A stretch of 64,000 nucleotides of DNA from Candidatus Latescibacterota bacterium (GTDB taxonomy: Bacteria > Latescibacterota > UBA2968 > UBA8231): the NCBI GenBank assembly GCA_965215195.1, contig CBDCDC010000001.1, positions 480,001 through 544,000 of the forward strand, given 5' to 3'. Of this stretch, positions 55,785-64,000 are shown one piece after another. The position numbers were made by a program, and so were the translations under genes. The notes under the pieces were generated by a model. The model was not told where the DNA came from. It did no database searches and saw only the letters and a program-made list of their open reading frames with translations. How positions within the stretch are numbered: the first letter of the stretch is position 1; the number at the start of each line of letters is the position of its first letter.

Positions 55785-56546
55785 TTAGACATTGCAGACC
55801 GAGAAGGCGTGTTCGAGCGAGTCAATGGGATCGCCCTTGGGCCGGTACTCGTGGCCGACGTAGCCCGCGTAGGAAGTGGCGGCAATGGCCTGCATGATCG
55901 GCGGGTAGTAAATCTCCTGCTGGTCGTCGAGGTCTTGGCGGCCGGGGTTGCCGGCCGTGTGGAAGTGGCCGATGCAGTCGATGTGGTCGGTGATGTTGCG
56001 GATGAGATCGCCTTCCATGATCTGCATGTGGTAAATGTCGTAGAGGAGCTTGAACCGGGGCGAGCCAACGGCCCGGCACAGGGCCGCGCCCCAAGCGGTG
56101 CGGTCGCACTGGTAGTCGGGATGGTTGACGCGCGAGTTGAGCAATTCCATGCAGAGGGTAATGCCTTTTTGCTCGGCGGCCGGGACCACGCGGCGCAGGC
56201 CAGCGACGCAGTTGGCGAGCCCCTCTTCTGAGGGCCGGCCCTCCCTGTTGCCGGAAAAGCAAATCAGCGAGGGAATGCCGCATTCAACGGCGAGGTCCAT
56301 GTTGGCGAGGAGCTCGCCTTCGATGCGGTCGTGATTTTCGGGCTTGTTGAGCCCGTCGGGCAGGGAAGCGTGCCCGGAGACGATGGCAATGGCGAGGCCG
56401 TGGTCTTGGATGAGTGGCCAGTGCTCTTGGGGGGCCATCTCTACGGATTGATAGCCGATGCGGGCGGCGGCCGCCACGAGCTCCTGCGGGCTGAGGCCGC
56501 TGCCGGTGAAGGGATTGAAGCAGACGGATTGCTTGATGGCAGGCAT
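55785..56546 (-). CDS. Hydroxypyruvate isomerase-family TIM-barrel protein
   Basis: ICFSGNR, MELLNSRVNHPDY, LLYDIYHMQIMEGD, HFHTAGNPGR, GHEY. Confidence 0.88.
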   Translation of the reverse strand: MPAIKQSVCFNPFTGSGLSPQELVAAAARIGYQSVEMAPQEHWPLIQDHGLAIAIVSGHASLPDGLNKPENHDRIEGELLANMDLAVECGIPSLICFSGNREGRPSEEGLANCVAGLRRVVPAAEQKGITLCMELLNSRVNHPDYQCDRTAWGAALCRAVGSPRFKLLYDIYHMQIMEGDLIRNITDHIDCIGHFHTAGNPGRQDLDDQQEIYYPPIMQAIAATSYAGYVGHEYRPKGDPIDSLEHAFSVCNV

Positions 56547-56550
56547 AACG

Positions 56551-58038
56551 CTAGGCTCCTGTGCCGAACATTTCGGCGACCGGGGTAAAAGGGGCGTCAA
56601 GTTCGAGGGGGTACATGGGCCGCTGGCAGACGCGGTGCCCGAGGGTGGGCAGGTTCGCGCTGGTCGAGCCCGGGGCATCGACGTTGAAGTTTTTCTCGGC
56701 CCATTCGTCGAAAAAGTGCCACTGGCAGTGCGGCGACTTGACGACGATGAGGTCGTAGTTCTTGGGGTTGATGTCGTGGGCGATAAAGACCGAGCGATCG
56801 ATAAAGGGCACCGAGCGGCTGACGCAGACGATGGTGAGCGCGTCGCTTTGCAGCACGGCCGTAGGCCCGGCGTGCTGGGGCGTGTTCCAAGACTCGCAGA
56901 CGTATTCGCCGTCGCCGAGCTGGGTGACTTCGACCTCTAGATCGAGCGGAGCAAAGCGCGAGTCGAGCGAGCCGCCCAAAACCACGTGGATGCGCGCGCC
57001 TAGCCCGGCGTCGTGGGCCATGTACGCGGCGGGCGCATCCACCAGCGGCGCGAGTATGTGGCCAGAGTACCCGCTGGCGAGCAGGGCTTGGACGAGGACA
57101 TTGCTGTCGCCGGTCGCGCCCGAGGAGGGGGCGTCGGCCGCGTCGGTAAAGAGCACTGGGCCGCTGTATTGGGCGGCCTCGGCGACGGCGTCTTCGACCG
57201 ATACGAGATCGGGCTGCATGAGGGCGCGGCGTTCCCAGAACTCGGCCGCGAGGTGTAGGGCCTCGCTGCGAGCGAGGTCCGGGTCGGCATCGGCCACGAC
57301 GACGGCTTGGGAGCACAGCTCGGGCACATCGGTGAACGGGTTGCCGATCATCATGCCGGCGGCGAGAATGTCGGGCTGCTCCTCTAGGGCTTGGCAGTAG
57401 CGGATGGACTCGCCATACGCGCCCGAGGCGGTGATGAGCTCGTTGCCGCGCACGAGCGCCGGCACCCGCACGCGGGCCACTACGGGCTGAGCGCCGGCGA
57501 GGACTTGCAGGAGCAAGTACGCGGCGCGGCGGCCGGTGTCGGCCAAATCAACGTGCGGATAGGTGTGATAAATGGCGAGACCGTTTGAGTGCTCCAGCAT
57601 GCGGTGGGTGAGGATGCCGTGCAGATCTTGCGAGATTGCGATGGGAAAGTCGGGACCAGCGGCTTGGCGGATCTGTTGCAGCAAGTAGCCCTCCGGGTCC
57701 AGCTCTTGGGTGCAGCCCATGGCGCCGTGCAGGCAGAAGTACATGCCGTCGGCTTGGGCTAGGTGCGGCGCGACCGCATTGAGTAGCTCGGCGGCAATGC
57801 GCTCGAAGTCCTGCTGGTCTAAAGGCCCGGCCGAAGGGGCGCAGGCTCCGTACGTGGGGATGACATCGATGTGGCTGTCGGCGAAGACCTGCGAGGCACC
57901 GCACAGCTCGGTCTCGCGGCCTTGGTGATAGGCGAGCAGCTCGGCGCCGCGGCGGACGGAGAAGTTGTCGTACGCGCCGATGACCGGGTTGAAGGAGGAG
58001 ATTTCTTGCTTGCACTCGGCGACGAGAATGCGGGACAT
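56551..58038 (-). CDS. M81-family metallopeptidase (MlrC-like)
   Basis: QEISSFNP, LHGAM, DLHG, TYPHVD, VVKSP, RPMYPLE. Confidence 0.88.
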   Translation of the reverse strand: MSRILVAECKQEISSFNPVIGAYDNFSVRRGAELLAYHQGRETELCGASQVFADSHIDVIPTYGACAPSAGPLDQQDFERIAAELLNAVAPHLAQADGMYFCLHGAMGCTQELDPEGYLLQQIRQAAGPDFPIAISQDLHGILTHRMLEHSNGLAIYHTYPHVDLADTGRRAAYLLLQVLAGAQPVVARVRVPALVRGNELITASGAYGESIRYCQALEEQPDILAAGMMIGNPFTDVPELCSQAVVVADADPDLARSEALHLAAEFWERRALMQPDLVSVEDAVAEAAQYSGPVLFTDAADAPSSGATGDSNVLVQALLASGYSGHILAPLVDAPAAYMAHDAGLGARIHVVLGGSLDSRFAPLDLEVEVTQLGDGEYVCESWNTPQHAGPTAVLQSDALTIVCVSRSVPFIDRSVFIAHDINPKNYDLIVVKSPHCQWHFFDEWAEKNFNVDAPGSTSANLPTLGHRVCQRPMYPLELDAPFTPVAEMFGTGA

Positions 58039-58124
58039 GGGCGTCCGTTCGGTTAGATTTTGCGCGGGCGAAGGTGGGGGCCGTTGTCTAGGGGGCGGAT
58101 CTCAGCATCCATATATAAATAGAA

Positions 58125-59507
58125 TTAGGCTTTGGAGCGCGGGCGAAGGTGGAAGCCTTGGGGGGTGTCTTCGATTTCGTAGCCGGCCGCGGCGATCTCG
58201 TCGCGCAGGGCGTCGGCCGTGGCCCAGTCCTTGGCGGCGCGGGCCTGTTGGCGCTGTTCGGCGAGCGCGTGAATCGCGTCGGGTACGTCCTCCTCTGGCG
58301 GCGTCCACTTGGCCAGCCCCAAGCCCATGACTTGGTCGAAGTGCAGGAGCGTGGCCTTTTTCGCGGCGGCGGGCAGGGCGTCGGCCACCAGCTCCCAGCA
58401 CAGGGCGAGGACGCGCGGCATGTTGAGGTCGTCCTCAACGCGCTCTTTGAATGCGGCCACGTAGCGGGCGTCGGGTTCGGACGGTGCGCCATAGGCGTGG
58501 GCGGCTGCGCGCAGCCGGTTGAGGGCCGTGGCCGCGCCGGCGAGGCTCTCCCAGCTAAAGGAGAGCTTGGCCCGGTAGCGCGCCCCGAGGCAGAAAAAGC
58601 GGTAGGCGAGCGGGTCGTAGCCCTTTTCGACGAGCGATTCGAGGCGCAGGAAGTCGCCGCTCGACTTGGACATCTTCTCCCCATCGAGCTGCAAAAACGC
58701 GCCGTGCAGCCAGAACTCGGCCAGCCGCGTGTCGTAGCAGGCTTGGGCTTGGGCGATCTCGTTGGTATGGTGAACCGGGACGTGATCCTCGCCGCCGCAG
58801 TGGATGTCGAAGTACGGCCCCAAGTACTTGGCGGCCATGGCCGTGCATTCGATGTGCCAGCCCGGGAAGCCGCGCCCCCACGGGCTGTCCCACTCCATCT
58901 GCCGCTGGGTCTGGGCCGGGCTGAACTTCCACAGCGCGAAGTCCGTGACGCGGCGCTTCTGCCCGAGATCGACGCGCTGGCCGCCTTGCAGGCCGGCGAT
59001 GTCGAGGCGGGCGAGGTGGCCGTAGTCGCTCAGGCGCGAGGTGTCGAAGTACAGGCCGTCGTCCGTGCGGTACGCATAGCCTTTTTCCTCGATGGCGGCG
59101 ATGGCCGCAATCTGTTCGCGGATGTGATCGGTGGCCCGGCACCAGACGTGGGGGGGGCGCACGTTGAGCCACTCGAGCTTTTCTTGGAAATCCGCGGTGT
59201 AGCGCTCGGCGATTTCCCAAGCCGTCAGGCCGGCGCGCCGCGCACCGGCCTCCATCTTGTCCTCGCCGGTGTCCGCGTCCGAGGTCAGGTGCCCCACGTC
59301 GGTGATGTTGACGACGTGGTGGACCGCATAGCCGCAGTATTCGAGGGTGCGCCGCAGGATGTCTTCGAAGATGTAGGTGCGCAAGTTGCCGATGTGCTGG
59401 TAGTTGTACACGGTCGGGCCGCAGGCGTACAGGCGAACTTGGGGAGGCGCGAGCGGGGCGAAGGGGCGCTCTTGGCGGGCATAGGTGTCAAAAAGATGCA
59501 GGGTCAT
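58125..59507 (-). CDS. cysS: Cysteine--tRNA ligase
   Basis: CGPTVY, HIGN, DFALWK, PGWHIEC, HHTNE, KMSKS. Confidence 0.97.
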   Translation of the reverse strand: MTLHLFDTYARQERPFAPLAPPQVRLYACGPTVYNYQHIGNLRTYIFEDILRRTLEYCGYAVHHVVNITDVGHLTSDADTGEDKMEAGARRAGLTAWEIAERYTADFQEKLEWLNVRPPHVWCRATDHIREQIAAIAAIEEKGYAYRTDDGLYFDTSRLSDYGHLARLDIAGLQGGQRVDLGQKRRVTDFALWKFSPAQTQRQMEWDSPWGRGFPGWHIECTAMAAKYLGPYFDIHCGGEDHVPVHHTNEIAQAQACYDTRLAEFWLHGAFLQLDGEKMSKSSGDFLRLESLVEKGYDPLAYRFFCLGARYRAKLSFSWESLAGAATALNRLRAAAHAYGAPSEPDARYVAAFKERVEDDLNMPRVLALCWELVADALPAAAKKATLLHFDQVMGLGLAKWTPPEEDVPDAIHALAEQRQQARAAKDWATADALRDEIAAAGYEIEDTPQGFHLRPRSKA

Positions 59508-59558
59508 AAGTCTAAAGAGGGGTTAGCGGCAAGATGTGGCAATGGAGAAAGAACCAGT

Positions 59559-60548
59559 CTATAACTCGGCGATGGATACTTCGCGGCCTTCCACCGCGCT
59601 TTTGACTGCGGCAAAAACCATGGCCATGGACTTGAGGTTGTCGGCCGCGTTGCACTCGGGCGCACGCTCCGCCTCAATGGCGGCGACGAACTCCCGCAGC
59701 ACCGGGTTCTGGCCTTGGCCGCCATCGTCGAGGGGGACCTGCCGCCGGATCGGAGGGTCGGCGCGGTGCGAGTGGGTGTGGTATAGATCGAAGCCCTCCC
59801 ACGTCAGGGTGCCGCACGGCCCCTCGTAGCGCCACTCGCCGTTGTGCCCGGCTGGCACGTGGCCGACCGTGCAGCCGATGCCGCGGTGAGTGGCGATTGC
59901 GCCGTTGGCAAAGCGGAAGAGGATCATCTGGGCGGCGTCGCCTTGGTGCCAGCCCCAAGGGAGGTTCCAAGTGAGGGCATGTGCGCTCACCGGGTCTTGG
60001 CCGAGGGTGTAGCGCATCATGTCGAAGTGGTGAATGCCCATGTCGGTGAGGAACATGTACGGCTCGGTGACGTAATGCGAGCCGGGCGAGTCGGCCCAAT
60101 TGACGTAGAGCGAGACATCGAGCTGGCCGACCGGGCCGATGAGGTCCTCGGCGAGCAGGCGGCGGGTGGTGCGCGGCAGGCCGTTGAAGCGGTAGTTCTG
60201 GGTAATCATGTGCGCGACGCCGGCTTGGGTCCCGGCTGCGACGATGCGCCGGGCCGCTTGGTAATCGTCGCTGAGGGGCTTTTCCCCGAGCAGGTGCAGG
60301 CCGGCGGCAAAAGTCTGCACGGCGATTTCTTCGTGGACCGCTGGCGGCGTCACGTCGAGGACGAAGTCGGCTCGCACGGCCGCGAGGGCCTCGCCGAGGT
60401 CGCGGTAGAGTGCGCATTCTGCGGCCGCGCGCTCGCGGTTTTGCGCACTCGGCTCGACGCAGGCGACCACGTCGACGCCCGGCTGCTTGCGGCATTGGCC
60501 GAGCCAATAGCGGCCCCTACCGCCCAACCCTACGAGTATGGCTTTCAT
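59559..60548 (-). CDS. Gfo/Idh/MocA-family oxidoreductase
   Basis: GLGGRG, EKPL, QNYRF, DMGIHHFD. Confidence 0.88.
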   Translation of the reverse strand: MKAILVGLGGRGRYWLGQCRKQPGVDVVACVEPSAQNRERAAAECALYRDLGEALAAVRADFVLDVTPPAVHEEIAVQTFAAGLHLLGEKPLSDDYQAARRIVAAGTQAGVAHMITQNYRFNGLPRTTRRLLAEDLIGPVGQLDVSLYVNWADSPGSHYVTEPYMFLTDMGIHHFDMMRYTLGQDPVSAHALTWNLPWGWHQGDAAQMILFRFANGAIATHRGIGCTVGHVPAGHNGEWRYEGPCGTLTWEGFDLYHTHSHRADPPIRRQVPLDDGGQGQNPVLREFVAAIEAERAPECNAADNLKSMAMVFAAVKSAVEGREVSIAEL

Positions 60549-60578
60549 CGGCGTCCTTTCTCTGTTTTTGTCTAAAAT

Positions 60579-60730
60579 CTTACTACCCGACACCAGCCCG
60601 CAGCCGGCCAAGGATCGAGGGCATCTTGCCCTCGGCGAGGGCGGGACGCCCTCGATCCCGCACCCATCGGTAACAGCAGAAAAGGCGTACTCAAAGTAAG
60701 GGTCGCCTACTTTAGGGGTCGGGTACTAAG
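60579..60730. mobile_element. 152-bp MITE with 9-bp TSD
   Basis: TIRs CTTACTACCCGACACC / GGGGTCGGGTACTAAG (14/16 match); GTCTAAAAT at 60570-60578 and 60731-60739. Confidence 0.82.
60612..60658. repeat. REPIN-like doublet of inverted REP palindromes
   Basis: ggatcgagggcatcttgccctcg and cgagggcgggacgccctcgatcc. Confidence 0.7.
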
Positions 60731-60864
60731 GTCTAAAATAAAAGGCTTGGCCCGCAGCTAGGCCAGTGGCCGGAAAAAATTGACACGGTTACAGGGCAGG
60801 GCTACCTTTGGTCGCTTTCAACGAGGGTCCCCACTCGTTCCCTTGCTTCTGAGGTACACTTCTT

Positions 60865-62031
60865 TTGGCTAGATCGCACAGCGCTTGTACGCGCCTCGTC
60901 CTCTTGCTTCTCGCGTGGAGTTTGAGTTGGAGCTGTAACCGAGAAAACACCGAGGAGCTAGCCCCCGGGGTAGTGTACCGCGAGATCCACTTGCCCGAAG
61001 GGCCGTGGCGGATCCACTTGGTGGAAGTGGATTTACCCCGCTCTTGGGCGGCAGGCATCCGCGTACGCACGGCCAAGCAGGGGGAGGCGCAAAAAACCAG
61101 TAGCTTGGCCGCCGGCGCCTTAGCGGCCATAAACGGGGACTTTTTGTTTCCCGGCGAGGCCGGCCGGCCGGCCGGGTTGTACATTGAGTCCGGCGACCTC
61201 ATCCGCATCCCGCAGCGGCGCTCGGCCTTTGCCATTACCGAGGCGGGCCAGCCCTTGATCGCAGTGTACAAGATGGAATGGGGCCTGTTGACGGCCGAGG
61301 GCGACCACCTGCGCGTCGCCGGCTTTAACCGCGAGCCCGCACTCGGGGAGCTGTCCGTGTTCAACGATCGCGCGCAGGTGCAGGGGGATTCGCTGCAAGC
61401 AGCCACGGGCTTCCTGTTGCAGGGGTTGGGCAGCACCTCCATTGCCAACGACACGATCGCCGCTCGGGTGCAGCAAGTCCGGCGGCGGGCGTGGCCCCTC
61501 TCCCTCCAGCGCGACCAGTGGCTGTTGGCCGCCGGCGCCGAATACGAGGCGACCGAGCAGATCGCCTTGGGCGACACGGTGCAGCTATATTGTCGGCTGT
61601 CGCCGGCCCGCGCCAAGCTGATGGAGGCCATCAGCGGGGGGCCGCGCATCCTGCGCGATGGCGAAGTATCCATTGAAGTGGAAAAGGAGCGGCTCAGCCG
61701 CAGCTTTGCCGACAAGCGGCACCCGCGCACGGCCATTGGGTATTCCCGAGACGAACAGGTGCTCTTTCTAATTGCGGTCGATGGGCGGCAGCCAGGGTAC
61801 AGCGTTGGCATGAGCTTGCAGGAGCTAGCCGAATTTATGCGCACGCGCTTGGCCGAGTTTTCCCGCGCCGAGGTCAATGCCCATCAGGGGCTGAACCTCG
61901 ACGGCGGCGGCTCAACCACGATGGTCGTAAGCGAGCAGGTGGTCAACAAGCCGTCCGATCCCACGGGCGAGCGGCCGGTGGCCAACGCCCTGTTGGTCGT
62001 GGCGGACGCTTGGGACGAGGAGCTGCCCTAG
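60865..62031 (+). CDS. Phosphodiester glycosidase (NAGPA)-family protein
   Basis: AAINGDF, GGPRIL, HPRTAIG, VDGRQ, NLDGGGST, ERPVAN. Confidence 0.88.
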   Translation: MARSHSACTRLVLLLLAWSLSWSCNRENTEELAPGVVYREIHLPEGPWRIHLVEVDLPRSWAAGIRVRTAKQGEAQKTSSLAAGALAAINGDFLFPGEAGRPAGLYIESGDLIRIPQRRSAFAITEAGQPLIAVYKMEWGLLTAEGDHLRVAGFNREPALGELSVFNDRAQVQGDSLQAATGFLLQGLGSTSIANDTIAARVQQVRRRAWPLSLQRDQWLLAAGAEYEATEQIALGDTVQLYCRLSPARAKLMEAISGGPRILRDGEVSIEVEKERLSRSFADKRHPRTAIGYSRDEQVLFLIAVDGRQPGYSVGMSLQELAEFMRTRLAEFSRAEVNAHQGLNLDGGGSTTMVVSEQVVNKPSDPTGERPVANALLVVADAWDEELP

Positions 62032-63095
62032 TGCCCACTTTGTGCGCCGAAGACCTCGATGCACTGGCGCGAGCTTGCTTGCGACGCGTCGGCGTCCCCT
62101 TGTCCGCCGCCGCGTTGGTGGCCGAGCACTTGGTCGAAGCCGGGCTAATGGGGCACGACACCCACAGCGTGTTGCGGCTGCCCCAATACGTGAACATGGT
62201 GCGCGACGGCCAAGTTGAGCCTAAAGCTGAGTTGGTGGTGTTGGACGAAAGCGAGTGCGGGGGCCGGCTGAGCGGCCAGTGGAACTACGGCCCGGTGACG
62301 GCGACCCAAGCCGTGCGCTGGGTGCTGGACAAGGTAGGCAACGGGGCGGTGGCGGTCGCCGGAGTGCGCGACTGCAACCACGTGGCGCGGCTGGGGCGCT
62401 TTGCCGAGATCGCCACCCGCGCCGACTGCATCGCCCTCATCGCGGCCAATGGCCACGGCGGCGATGGGGCGGTGGCCCCGTTTGGCGGCCGCAGCCGCCG
62501 CCTGCCCACGAATCCGCTCTGCTGCGGCATTCCCACCAGCGGCGCGTGGCCAGTTATCCTAGACATGACGACGAGCATGATTTCCGGCGGCGATATGCGG
62601 CTCTTGCGCAACCGAGGCGAGGACGCTCCGCCCGGGATGCTGATCGACGCGGAGGGCCGCCCGACGACGAGTGTGGATGCGTACTACGGCCCGCCGGCCG
62701 GTGCCATGTTGCCGCTCGGTTTCCCCCAGAGCGGGCACAAGGGCTACGGGCTTTCCGTGCTAGTCGATATTTTGGCCGGGTCGCTTTCCGGGGCTGGGAT
62801 GACGCAAGAAGCACCCGAGCGCGCCGGCAACGCCCTGTTCATCGCCGTGCTCAAGGTCGCGGCCTTCCTGCCGTTGGACGAGTTCTACGCCGAGGTCGCG
62901 GGCTTTGTCGAGTGGGTCAAGTCGTGTCCGCCGGCTCCCGGAGTGGCCGAGGTGTTGCTGCCCGGAGAGCGGGCGCACCAGCGGTTGCAGGCGCGGCGGC
63001 GCAATGGCCTGTACGTGGATGAGACAGCTTGGGCCGAGATAGGGGCTTTGGCGGCTGAGTTGGGGGTGGAACTGCCCACGCCCGTGGCCGCTTAG
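62031..63095 (+). CDS. Ldh_2-family (malate/L-lactate/sulfolactate) oxidoreductase
   Basis: GHDTHS, NHVARLG, TNPL, LDMTTS, GHKGYGL, LPGE. Confidence 0.88.
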   Translation: MPTLCAEDLDALARACLRRVGVPLSAAALVAEHLVEAGLMGHDTHSVLRLPQYVNMVRDGQVEPKAELVVLDESECGGRLSGQWNYGPVTATQAVRWVLDKVGNGAVAVAGVRDCNHVARLGRFAEIATRADCIALIAANGHGGDGAVAPFGGRSRRLPTNPLCCGIPTSGAWPVILDMTTSMISGGDMRLLRNRGEDAPPGMLIDAEGRPTTSVDAYYGPPAGAMLPLGFPQSGHKGYGLSVLVDILAGSLSGAGMTQEAPERAGNALFIAVLKVAAFLPLDEFYAEVAGFVEWVKSCPPAPGVAEVLLPGERAHQRLQARRRNGLYVDETAWAEIGALAAELGVELPTPVAA

Positions 63096-63210
63096 GCGCG
63101 ATCCTTTGCGCCGGTAACGCATCAACGATCAGCCCAAGGGATTTAGCTGCTGGATCAGGAGCAGTAGATCAATTTTTTTATAAAAACCGCAAACCAAAAA
63201 GGAGTTTGCC

Positions 63211-64000
63211 ATGCTTCACATCGGGATCGTCGGCATGGGTGGAATTGGCAACAACCACGCCCGTTGCTACACTGCAAACGAGAACACAGAGGTCGTGGCC
63301 GTGTGCGATATGGTCGCCCAACAGGCCGACGCAGCGGCCGAGCGCTACGGGGCGCGGGCCTTTTACTCGGTCGAGGCGATGATCGCCAGCGGCCTGCGGC
63401 TCGACGCCTGCTCGGTGACCACGGCCGGGGTGGAGAACGGAGGCGATCACTACGAGCCGACCATGGCCCTTTTGCGCGCCGGCATTCCCGTGCTGGGCGA
63501 GAAGCCGATTTCCAATGAAATTCCCAAGGCGCGGGAAATGGTGGCCTTGGCCGCAGAAAAGCAGTTGCCCTATGGGATCAACCTGAACCACCGCTTCACG
63601 CCCGCGGCCGTCAGGGCCAAGGAATGGCTGACCAACGGGCGGCTCGGCGAGCTACAAATAGTCAACATGACGATGTGGATCAACAATCCCAATGAGTCGA
63701 GCCCGTGGTTCCACATCCGCGCCCTGCATCCGCACTCGCTGGACGTGATGAGCTATTTCGCCGGTGGGGTGGATCGGGTACACGCCTTTTTCAAAAAGGG
63801 TAAAGGCCGGCAGATCTGGTCCAATGTGCAGGCAAACCTGCTGTACGAGAATGGCGTCATCGGGCATTTGACCGGATCGTACGACGCCGGAGGGAGCTAC
63901 GGCTTGGAGACCTTGGAGCTGGTCGGCTCGGAGGGACGGGTTATCATCAATGAAGCCTGCGAAAAGCTCGCGTTTTACCCGCGTTTTTCGCGCGAGGTGG
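63211..64000 (+). CDS. Gfo/Idh/MocA-family oxidoreductase (3' truncated by window edge; absent from the ORF track)
   Basis: AAGGAG RBS; MLHIGIVGMGGIG, EKPI, NHRF; open to the window end. Confidence 0.85.
   Translation, partial: MLHIGIVGMGGIGNNHARCYTANENTEVVAVCDMVAQQADAAAERYGARAFYSVEAMIASGLRLDACSVTTAGVENGGDHYEPTMALLRAGIPVLGEKPISNEIPKAREMVALAAEKQLPYGINLNHRFTPAAVRAKEWLTNGRLGELQIVNMTMWINNPNESSPWFHIRALHPHSLDVMSYFAGGVDRVHAFFKKGKGRQIWSNVQANLLYENGVIGHLTGSYDAGGSYGLETLELVGSEGRVIINEACEKLAFYPRFSREV

Noticed and set aside
58149-59564. 471-aa plus-strand ORF
   Set aside because: Antisense shadow of cysS

Overview
GC-rich bacterial chromosomal window with about 55 genes, mostly on the minus strand. I recognised no rRNA, tRNA or CRISPR array. 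FlgD-like C-terminal Ig domains, C-terminal TWGxxK motifs, PQQ-like propellers, a plant-type LRR/dockerin lipoprotein and Rpn-family genes suggest (inference only) a Latescibacterota/Poribacteria-like organism, possibly host-associated. Housekeeping content: mltF, a TRAP transporter, rpiA, a fused indolepyruvate oxidoreductase, def, amtB-glnK-porin-glnA, the futalosine menaquinone genes menG-mqnE-mqnC-mqnA-ubiA, acuI and cysS. Most notable: (1) an operon of two secreted PQQ-like propellers, a GriC/GriD-type adenylase/reductase pair and an Fe-ADH; (2) three sigma54 activators and four near-consensus sigma54 promoters, which lie upstream of a Spy-like/Ca-binding/beta-barrel operon, the nitrogen operon, a sigma70 factor and an Rpn nuclease gene; (3) two Rpn genes with internal SD+ATG starts; (4) a 15-unit LRR array that looks combinatorially assembled; (5) an IS982-like element inserted between a gene's RBS and ATG, plus two MITEs with target-site duplications. 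All product calls come from motif recognition; no database searches were run.
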